From: Laetmonice hystrix
Lineage: Eukaryota
Direction: 5' to 3'
NCBI GenBank assembly: GCA_965235115.1
Contig: OZ249436.1
Location: 35,652,001 to 35,716,000 of the forward strand
Length of the DNA: 64,000 bases
The translations under genes were made by a program, and so were the position numbers. Below are positions 37,903-49,900 of the stretch, one piece after another. The notes beneath the pieces are model-generated. The model was not told where the DNA came from and did no database searches. It was given only the letters and a program-made list of their open reading frames with translations. Position 1 is the stretch's first letter; each line of letters starts with the position of its first letter.

Positions 37903-40900
37903 ATACAACTTATTCTACCAACTGTGTCATAGTGACATCTGTAAGAACGACATATTGTTGAGTTTGATTTACCTAACATCTATGCCATCATGTTCGGGAT
38001 GCTTTAAATTGCTATAAATACGCAACGTAGACCTTGAAAATTGCGATTGTTATTAGTGACTAGGACATTTTGTTTAAATGCCCGTGTAACGACTTTTTAA
38101 CTTGTATCTAGTTCGTGTAGCAGTTACCTCCGTCATCAAAAAGCCACCACACGTCAATAGTACCCTTCTTCTGTTTGCGGTTGAACCTGTTGATGTTCTT
38201 GATGAGATCCTTGTTAATGTGTTTTGACTGCGGGTGTACCTGGACCTCTGGTGCGACGTCGTCGACCAACTCTTCGGGTGGAGTGGTGAGAGGAGACTGG
38301 TCGTCACCAAGACTCACTGACAAACAACCGAGCAACGGCAAATGTTGAAAATTCAGGCCACCATTATTACTGGGTGGACAGGCAGTTGTAATTATGAAAC
38401 ACTATCACCTCACTTATCGGTATCACTTGCCGTATGCACCTGAAACTACTTGAAGACCTCCTTTGGGAACATCTGACAAAACTGTTTCCTTTGCAGTGAC
38501 AGTAGGTAATATTTCGGAAGAGAGCCTCATACGATTAAAATACAGTACTTTGAATAGGTAGGTTGAACTTAGTTTGATAGTTTGAATAAAACCTGCCATA
38601 GGTGGTCTTCAAAACAATGTGCTGATATAAAGGTGCTAGCCCAGCAGTCCACAATAAGTATCATATAGAGTGGTCTACTACATACACACACGCATACACA
38701 CTTTCCATGAATAATTGTAATCATGCAGTTAATCACTATACTAGAAGTGTGATTGAAAATTCTTAAATAACTACAGCTATAAATTTGTTCAACACTACAA
38801 CCTATAGCAGAAATGGGCAGCTCCAGGAACTTTTCTACAAAAGACAAAACTTCTTAAATTATTCAGGTGCAGTCTTAGCGGCGACTGCCCTATAACGAGT
38901 CTAACTGCTAGACTGAAGGTTCTTCCTGCTGATACATGACATGTATCAGGTAATGTTCCTGGAACAACCCGTTGTCCCATCTTGATAAGTGACATGCTGC
39001 AAAGGGTCATGTCTGGTTTTTTTTTCCTTGGAGAAACCTGCAAGAGTGGGCATATTGTGCAGCTACCTCATGCATCACTCAGCAGAAATGATACGTGGCA
39101 AACTAACAACAATTTTACATTCATGTCGAAAGAGAAGAACAGCAATGAATGTACAGGACGCGATTATTTATAAAAGGTCATGACAGATTAAGAAGGAGCA
39201 GAGTCTAGTAAACAAAAAAGTTTCTTGTATAGAGCACCGCAGCATCCGACGACGATATCGACCTTTCGCATGTCAATATTTCCTGATGCAAAAATCATCC
39301 AGAACCAAAGGTGTGCTTTCCTACAGGAAACGCCTGTGGAAAGTAGGTAATAAATTAGGTTAAATTCAAAATAATTATTTCTTGGTGGTCGGGCCGGTGC
39401 TGTGCTGCTAAATCAATTCTGAATGTCATACATTTACCCGTATTTTTGACATCATCATAAGCTACCTGACTCAGCAATTATGAGCCTCAGGAATACCGCT
39501 TCAATTTCCAATGAAAGAATTGTTCTGCTTGCAGTCTGTTCACAACGCTAACAGAAATTAAACATTTTGCAAATATGATTCTGTAAAATTTAATTCATAA
39601 TACACTGTTTCAATCAAAAGGTTTATCACGTATTGGTTCAGGAAAAGAACGACGAATGCAATTACAAACGCACAAACTAATCGTTAGCATATAAAGAGCA
39701 TTACGAAATACGTCTGGATTGAGAACAGAAAGCGGGTCAGAAGCAGCAGTGAGTGGTAGTCTGTGTGTAGGCTACACGTCCGGCATGCTCTACCCAGACA
39801 CAACTCATGACGTTACGTAGTTCGCCAGTAGGAAAGTTGGTCTCACTGACCCGCCGACCTCAAGGCCAGCCACGGCAGGCTCCACAGGAAAGCTACAATT
39901 GACGCCAACACAGCCATTGTCAACTAGCATCGACGTACAGCATTTCATTTCAAATAACCCGCCAAACACATCATTCTGTCAGTAACCCCCAACCAAATGA
40001 AACGGGGATAGCATTCAGTATTCTCTTTCTTTTAATAGGATCGGGGGATGATGATGGGTTGAATGGAAAGAAGCAAGGTACTCCAAAGTTTCCATTCTGT
40101 CGTCATTTGCCTATTGTATGATCGACAATGGCTGCGTAATCCAACGAAATATTTGGTCCACGGTTAGAGGTGTAGGCCTAACGTTACTGGGCATTCTTAT
40201 CCACGCTCAGGCACATTTTAATGCCTGTGTACCAGAATCTTGGGACTACCTATAACCCATTGCTTTTTTCTCATTACACTCAACCCTAGTCGATGAGGTG
40301 TCATCACACGGGTTCTCTTGTACGGAAATATCTATAAATTTTAGGTTAAAATTTTAGGTACCTTGGTCAGTGGGGGACGGCACAAAAGCTATCTGGAAGG
40401 CCGCGTAAGCCTGATAAGGGACGGGAAAGGATGGGGCTCAATACACGACATAAAAGTTTAAGATCCCCCACCCCGTAATATGTTAGTAGAAAGGATTGAT
40501 TGGCCATGTGTGTTACGCTTTGAGAGTTCTGCCACTGGAGGAAGTCCGCGGGATGGGTGATTGTTTGCGTGCATGGACAGTATTTGTGAATTCCATGCCC
40601 AAAAGTGATTTAATAGTGAAAATTTCTGAATGTCTTTTATGTGTTGGAACATTAACTCTGGTTCTAATGACCACAGCCTCAGAGTCAGTGGAAATCCAAC
40701 CATGGGAGTTGCGAGGGGCGTCGTCTTCTGTGTAGCGCATGCACAATGACATAATGCCTATAATATAGAACCTGAATATCCGCTGCGGAACTTTGACTCC
40801 GGGAAAACTTTCAAAGTAGCACACCTGTGTGTGAGGAGCGACTAAATGATTCACCAAATGGTAACCCTCACAGAGATCTAGCGGGGCAATTAGGGTGTGT

Positions 40901-43900
40901 ATGCGGATGATCTCAGATTACGCACGTATCACGCCCACATAAATACAATAACTCAACTGTGTACACAGACTGGTGACAGGACGCAAGGTACTCAGCGACT
41001 GACAACTGTCAATGCCAAACACCTGACATTCGGAGACAATTACTTTCATTAACAGCCACAACAGCCGACGATATTACACATTGTCTTGGCCAAGCTAGCG
41101 GCAGCAGACAGCAAACAGCAGCAGACCAGGCGGACGTCCCGCCACGGACATTTGACACAGCACGCGGAGGTGGGGGGGTAACAACGGTCAAATAAAAAGA
41201 AGGGGAAACATGACGGGAACCAGCAGAAGGGAAAAGACAGAATGAGAGAAAGATAATCATCGTCACTGTATTCAAACCCTTGAACGGAAAATGATGACTT
41301 TGCTGATAACAGCCACACATAAATCAAACGGTCTGTTACTTGGTCATCGACACAAGTCAACATAAGTCTGCCAACAGTCAGTGTGATCTAAGATTGAGAT
41401 TGAAATACAATGTATGACCTGTCTACCTCTACCATGATAAACCCAGAATTAATGAGGTTGGTCTGCTAAATTGGGGAGGTTCAAGTAAAAAGAAGACTTC
41501 TTACTTGATGACTCAGAGAGTGAAATGTGAGTGGTCTGCTAACGAGCTGGTAAAAAATGACGGTGTCAATCAATGACCCTGTCCATCATTGTGACATGGA
41601 CATCACTACTGAGGTTAGTGGGGTGGGACTGGGGTGAATCTTGGTTAATGAAGGTGACTGATGATTGGGCCAAGGACAAGGGAGTCCATGATGAGTGGTG
41701 AAAGAACGCGTACCTACAGTGATTCACTTCCACTTCTCCCTACTTTTGTATTTTGTTAAATTAGGCAAGTTTTGTGTTAGTGCTGATTAATTGATTTGTG
41801 CCCTCACGATACGAAGGTGTAACTGCTGATGTGCTGAACAAAACACGTTAATCAATGAATTATGATTATTTGTTTCAGAAAAACACATTACATATGGAGT
41901 TTTGCACACATGGAAAATGTTAATTAAACATCAACAACAACGTTTCTTTGTACCATCGAAATGTGTAATTTGATGGGATGTACTATAGACATGTATATAA
42001 ATGTCTTTGCCTTGCCCAAGCGAATCAGATGGCTGTGTGTATGCAGTATTGTCAAATCCCATGTTTTCCATGTATTTGCAACCATACACCTAGGAGATTG
42101 TAAAATGAAACAACATAAATAAGTAACTAAAAAAATTCTTCCAGAAAAGATTAATTCGTAACTTGAATTTAGGAATAAAATTCTCGCAATTTTCAAAACG
42201 AAAACCGAACGTAAAATAATGTTTGTCAGAAAGAATACTGCACTAACACGAGGAAAGCATTAGCTCAAGCCTCATAAAGCAGAGAACACAAAGGTACACT
42301 CCACGAAGGCACTTCCAGCAACACAAGACCATAGCCTAAATGGATTTAAACAATACACTCTTCGGCAAAATACCATCAGCCATTGACAATAAGGTCTGCA
42401 TGTTTTGCCAGCAAACGAGCTTGTGCGAGGCGTTTTACCTGGCGTGGTTACAGTGGCGGGTGAGCTGGCTGAATGGCAGGACGAGCGCCTTTCTATGTCG
42501 AGGGGGCTTTCACCTGACAAAAGTTCCGCCTTTTTGTCTTGTTTAGGCACTACAGAGAAGGTATACGAATTAATGAAGTCTATGGGCCTACTTCATCTTT
42601 TAACAAAAGAATAAATGAATTTGATCATCACAACTGCTTGAGCTTTGTGGTCAAGTGATATCAAGAAACACGACAAAATAATAACAAACAATTATCTGTA
42701 CTGTGTATAACGCCAAAGAAATAACAAAATCGCATTTTAAACTTCTAGCTCACAATAATTCCAGGTGGTCCATTACACACAATTAATTCTTCACGTTACC
42801 TCGCTATTCAAATCAACGCTTAAAGTCATTTACTTTAGCCTATACGGTAGCTTGATAACTATAAACCTCAACTCTTTTTTGTTTGTTCCACGCCACATCA
42901 ATAATGGTGTTGTATGGGTAAATTCATAGAAAGAGCCTGCACATGCTGTAACTTGTAGATTTTGCCTAAGTCTGTCTAAGTCCAGACACAGATTACAATA
43001 TAAAGGACAATACGATGGAAACACTTGACACTAGGATAACAAGTCGTCAAAAATATCAACATTGGCTACATGTCGACTTCAAAATAGGTGAGGTGACAAC
43101 TTAAGTCGAATTTCGACAATTCCTGCAATAAACTGCAGCCACAAAGCTGGCAGCATTTAACAAAAATACATGACACTGCTGTACACGGCATCGTTTACCT
43201 TCCACTAAACACAAACCATGCATTCCATGTTTACGTCCAAACCACCACCATTATTCCATCACAAAAGCAATCAACTCGCTTAACGGGAGGATGAATAGTG
43301 GTCGAGGGGAGGGGATGACAAAGGTTTCAGAATTTAAACATGGAGGATTTTGTCCCTGCCCTACTTAAAAGTCAGTCAGTAATGTACTCTCTGGACCACA
43401 GGTACGCAAGGAGGACAAAATAATTGTGGGATTGACACTCAGCAAAATTTGGTTTGCCTACTGATTATTTGTAATAAAACAGACCTTCTCCTGCATGGTT
43501 TATGAAGCCATATATTAGGTTTTAAGGTAAAAGAAGCCAAAACCCTGGACAGCATTTTAAAAATCGCACAAATTCTCTTCGTTCTCATTCATGATCATAT
43601 ACATTAATAGAAAGAAAGCAATAACAAATATTAAATCAATACAAGTAATTTAAAATAACAGTGCAAATTTAAATCAATCTGTAATATTGAAATGACATAT
43701 TGAGATAGGGAGAGAGACGCTGATATAAGTAAGACTTGTGAGAGGTGATCTGGGCCTGGTTCACAAAGCCAAGTCAATTTTAATTAATGTCTACTCCATT
43801 TTAACCAATCAGATTCAAGTAAAATTGACTTCAAGTTAATCAAATTTGACTTGACTTTGCTTGTGAACTGGGCTCTGAGAGAGCACTGGGCATAGCCTGC

Positions 43901-46900
43901 AGGAGATCGGTACAGATGATGACATGAAACCGCTTAGATTTCATTTAAATTTTTCATTCATTATTAGTTATTTCAGATACCAATTTATTATTTTTTTTTT
44001 AAAGTTTCAATGGCATGAAAAACTATACAGACAAACACAATTTTATAGCCCTAACAGCTCTCTGAAAGACATTTACTTATACTCTTCACCATGTAAGGAA
44101 TTTTTCGCCATACGTGTGTCTGCTTAAAGGCATTTTCATTGCCCAACAACAGTGCAGACTTAAATCAATTTGTAATATTGAATATTGTAATGAGATGTAA
44201 GATGGGGAGAGGCTGAGATTAGTAAAAGAGAGGTTGAGATTACTAAGAGTTGCGAGAGGTGAACTGAGAGAGGAACGGCCAGGGCCCACAGTAGATTGGG
44301 ACAGATGAGCGACAGACTGGTGGATAAACCAGAACACCGAAAACGTACGCCTCTCTGAGCATGTTCCCATGAGATTGAAGGAGATATTGTGCTGTACTAA
44401 CATCCAGGTTCATACTGTCTTAGATTTCATTTTCATTCATTCCTAGTTATTTTAGATACATAATAACATGTAAAGATCACCTGCGAAGGACTGCAGTACA
44501 TAACAATCGTTTTTTCTCTTTTCAAACATTCTACGGCATGAAAAACTACACATGTACCCACAAAGACAATTTCATAGCCCTCTGACTTCTCTGTGAGGAA
44601 TTACTCTTTACCATGTACGTAATTCTTGGCCATACATATATGTGTAGTTTAAAACATTTTCACTGCCTCTAAATTCTCTGTGAGGCTTAGAATTCTACCC
44701 TGTACCATGTAAGAAATGTTTTGCCAACCTACCTTCTTCAATCTGAGCAACTGACTGAGAAATGTGTGAGTAATCAAGTCCTTCTTTCAGTCGTAGAATT
44801 CCAACGCCATACCGCAAATCAAACGCATCACTGTCACACAAAGCGCAATGTGTTACTTGGTGGTGCAGCACAGGATTTACCGTATTAAAGAATAAAATTC
44901 AGGGACTTCAAAACAAAGCTGGACGACAAACTGTTACCATGCTCAGGATAAAGGTGAAACTGGATTAATTAAAGGGGGCAAAAATTTGTGGCAAATGAAT
45001 ACTTACTGAATCAGGCTGAAGTATTCCACAACTTCTTTGTGGTCTATGTTTTGCCAATCCGTTTTAAAGCCCAGAATAAGTGTATTTGGCCGAAGTTTGC
45101 CGGTTCCAACACACTAAAAAGTGTCAAGTAGAATGGTATAGAATACATAATATTACATGTACAGGTGCAGGTGCTAGTATCAGGAGCTAAAAGAAGGTGG
45201 TCGCCTTGTCCTACCTTTATAATCTACGACTTACGCCTCTGCACATTAAGTTGCCCAAATATTCGTACTAAATGACATGTCAAAAGTATTACTGGTTCAT
45301 AATGTGATGCAAAGATGAAATGCTTACGTCTACACATGGTTTAAACAGCAACGTTTCCTCAAATTTGAGATATGTTACTACCTTATACAGAGTGTGTGCC
45401 TACACAACCTACCTGGAGTAAAGCTTGTGCGCCAAGCCTGAAGTTTGGTGCAGCCACAACATTATAGAAAGACTTAACCTTGTGCTTGTGCAACCATTCT
45501 GTGCCATTCTTGCTAGTTTTACGAAGATCCTTTTTATTTTCTTCATCCATATCTTCCTACAAAGGGATAAACAGATGGTTAATTCGTGTATACTCAGTAC
45601 TTCTTATCCCCTTTAGCAGGGAACCCATTGCATTGTTGGTTTGGCTTTAAAAACTGGTTGTAGTTCGTAGTGAGCTTCAAATGGCACCAAGTTTGTCCAA
45701 CTATTATGTGATTTTACCCTTTACATAAGGTTTCTTACCTTAATGACATGTCCACAAACCATGAGACTGATATTTTTTGTGATGTTTGATGCAAAGTAGA
45801 CCAAGGACGGCCGATCACTTGGGAACCCGGTCAAGACTAGAACCTGAGGTCTATAGGAAAAAAACTTTATATGCACTCAAATTTCTCCTGTCACCTACGA
45901 TTTTACTGAGGTTAAATGACATACTTGCAGGGGGGTCCATTTCTGCTTGAATTATGTTTAAAACAAATATAGCAGAGAACTACTGGCACGTAAACCAACC
46001 TAAAGTTCTTGACATGTTCCATGACTGAGACCAACTTGATGGTAGACTGTAGGGCATTGCGGTACACATGGGCCTGGGTGGACGAACCCCAGTTGATATC
46101 TGGAATGAATACAAAGGTCCTCAGAGATCTTTTGGAAATCCTCATAATGAATGAAATTCTGAGCACAATTTTCCATAATGCTACTGGTTATTTATTTCAT
46201 CTTGTACTTACCTGGCTTTCTGTAGTGTACATAAACGTAGAGTGCCGCAACTATGGCAAAGGTTAGAAGTGCAGTCCACCAGTTAATGACAAACATGATG
46301 CCCAAACAGAGTACAGCTCCCAGCAGGCTCATCCACATGGAATAGTACCTGAAGGCTGGCCGCCAACCTGCAAACACCCAAACCAATACAATGCCCAATA
46401 CTTAAAGTAGCATTATCAATATAAGGACACTTGCCTGAATCATTACGATACAATTGCTACACTTGAGACTGAAAAAGATTCAGTTTTCCATTTCCAAGCA
46501 AAATTGTTCCAAACTACGGGAGAGTATAAAAATTACACTGTATTAACAGTTTGAGACAGACAACTAAATGAAAACAGGTTCGATATTCCAGTCTTACCTG
46601 GTGATTTGGCTAAGGATGCATCAAAACATGAATAATTGATGAGCGTGTACGACATCAGGAAGAAATTGGAGATCAGAGGGGCTATAGTGTTTAGATCACC
46701 TGCAAATTAATAGCCCTTTATAAACAATGTTAGCATCACGTAAATTAATTACCATTCAGGCTAATTCAAAACGCTAAAGTCAATGGAACGGTGATTCAGG
46801 TTTCACATAAAACTCCAATGATCATCTTTGAAAGTGATTTAAAACTCAGTGAACCTGACTGACCTATGCCTATACAGGCTGCTCCAATGAAGAAGGCCAG

Positions 46901-49900
46901 TAGGTACGCTCTGCGTGGCTCTTCTCCTTTCCCATAACCTTTGGCAAAAACATGGATACCTGGGAAAATTCTATCCTTGCATACGGCCTGAAAGTCAAGG
47001 AACATTATATGAAACTGTAATTTTACAGGTCATGGACAGGTAAGTGAATGCTTGGAGTCTTGTGAGTTTTTATGGGCAAATTAGGGCATCTCACATTCTT
47101 ATTAAACCTGTTCAAAAATTTCCTTTGACTGCTTAAAATACACAGGAGCTTTCTTTTATACTGACTGGTTCATACGCTGCCGTTGTGCCCAGTATGACAA
47201 TCTGAAACGATTGTAGTGCCCCCTAGTGGCTATTTCATGAACTACGTCCTGTCAATGCTTCCACTAGGTGGCCGTGCTGTAGCCGAAGACAAATACGAGA
47301 GCCGATCACCACAACCCACCTGAAAGACTTTTGGAGCAGACACTAGACTGGCAAGAGCTGATGACAGTGTTGCTGACACGATTCCAGCAATGATGAGTGG
47401 GCCAAAGCCTGAAACCATCTGCATCACCTGGCCAGTAGAAACACCAATATAGACGAAACTAGGGAACAGGCCTTCTCATTCGGAGATTATAACAATATCC
47501 CCTAAGCATAGCTCGATACAGCAATCAAGTAATCACAACTTATTTTCCAACTTGATAAAACAACCCCCTACTGGGGTATATAGTTATGTCACTGTTTTTA
47601 CACAGGTAGACATGCATTCCTGAGCACCCATCCAAATTCCCAAACCTATTATTTTTCAGCACTAATAAGTAATATATTTTTTATAAACTCTATCCCACAC
47701 CTTGCACAGAGCATCCATAATTTACTCATACACATACTTTATAATTGTACCACAAATCACACTAACCAAGTGCCCTTAATTACCTGCATGTCATTCTGGA
47801 GGCCGTACTTGCAGTTTCCAACCTGACAGGTGCCAGCGACCAAGCCGCCCCCATCGCCGCCTGCTGCGCCGTCCGGTTCTGTGCCATTGACGGTGGCATT
47901 CACGATGAGTCGGATCAGGTCTGTACCGTTACTGAGTGCCGATCCATTCACCAGAGCTCCAGCGGCCACCATTCCCGGAGCGTCTCGCAGCACGCAGGAT
48001 CCGGACAGCCACGCCATCAGGATGTAGGTGATGGTGCTGATCAGGATGGCCAACAGTGTGCCCTTGGGGATCGCCTTCTGGGCATCCTGCCAACGCCACA
48101 CAACAAACGAACATAAGAGAAGTCAGAAATACCCCGATTTGTCATTTCGTCGATGCTAAACAAGTCCCAGTGATGTGTTTTATTTTACATCTACTCTGAC
48201 AATTTTTCAGCAGCGAAACTTTGGTTTTCAAATGAACGTCTAAAAACAAGCACGTTATCGAAAGTCAAACGTATTTTATAAGGTGCGGTGTAAGGATTAC
48301 AACAAAAACGTTGAATTTGTACAAGAACTGTTTACTTTAAAACATCTTTCAGTATCACCAACAATGAACTCACGAAATGGGATATATTGTACAAACAGAA
48401 CACAAGAGCAATGATTTCTTTTTAATGTAAAGAAATTCAGTTGTGATACCTATACAGGACATCTATCATAGAATATTCATGATCTAGGTAGGGGGCCATT
48501 GATTGAGATCGTGTCAGGAGCAGCAGGATAGGGCAGTGGGCCATTTTAGACCTCAACACAGATTCCTGTCTGTCATCACCTTCTGCTCATTCACTTGCGT
48601 CAATCAGCAAACGGTTCCGGCGTAAGGCAGAGAGAGAGAGGGTCACAGGAGGTAGATGACAATACCAAACCGGGGGTACATGTAGACCCATACAATCGTA
48701 TAGCTTATGCCAATCACACAATTTTCAACAGTGCATAGAACTGGCCAGTCACACTGAGTGCCATATTGTTACCCTGCATACCACAGGCGAATCTGGACTT
48801 TGGAAGAACTTTGCCATAACTCCTTCAAACTCCCTCTTAAAGTGTTTAAACGAGATATCAACATTTGTCAATGCCATTATTTGCCAGCTACTTTTTAATT
48901 ATAAAGCACTCTGAATGGTGCCAACAGGCATGATTTATACCATGAACCCAAGTTTGACGTAAAGCCGCCGTTAAATATCGATTCTCCGGTTTGTATTAGC
49001 TACAGACGCAAATATTTCTCCTAAGATCAAGATAATTTTCCGTGACTAAAGATTAATGGCATCACAAGTGGTGCTATCTTTCTGACCGAGGACCCTCTAG
49101 GAACTTATTGACATAATTAACTTGAAATTTCGAAACATTTTGCAGTAGTCTGCCTGCTAGAAGCAGGGCCTGTATCAAACCTGAAGACAACTGACAAATC
49201 TAAACACACTCTGATCGAATACTTGACGTATGATTCACATATATGTATAGCACATTGTTTGTCACAAGACATTCAGCAGGCAGAAGTACTTGCCCAGGGT
49301 CCAAGGATGGAGTTTGGATGCTGACAAATAAATTTTTGCTGTGATTCGATGCGTGAAGAATCGCTTAAATAGTGAAGTGTTTACCAACAAAATTCGGTTT
49401 CCATTTTTTTGAACTTTCCCAAAATTTAAAGACTTTATACAGAATCGCCTGCCGTGCTCATTTGATTGAACATTGTAGGTTTCTCCCCCTTTTTTCCTAA
49501 AAAAAAACAAAATCCACACTCAAAAGTCCTTCTTTATTTGATGAGTACGTGAAGTATAGTGTGTTTGTGGCACTGACGTAGACCGCATTCGGCACCAGAA
49601 ACGATAACTACAACACAGAGCATCAAGCTGACTGGTGTTACAGTTGTTAGACCGTACGGAAAGGTGCAATCCTTTATTACCTGCAGATCGCCGGATATGT
49701 TGGCACCAGCCAGGATTCCCGTCGCTGCAGGGAAGAATATGGAGAAGACCGAGAAAAATCCATTCCCGTCACGGAAGTCCGGCTTCAGGTTTTGTATAAA
49801 AACCTCCTCTGAAACATTCAATAACCACTTTCACCAGAAATTCACTTCAGTCATAACTTATAGCAGAACACTTACCAGGCAGCTCTTTTAGACTGTTCCA

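Noticed and set aside
39438..39892. Further phase-1 microexon candidates (39438-39461, 39851-39892)
   Set aside because: Weak pyrimidine tracts or implausible hydrophobic peptide; likely chance AG..GT pairs.
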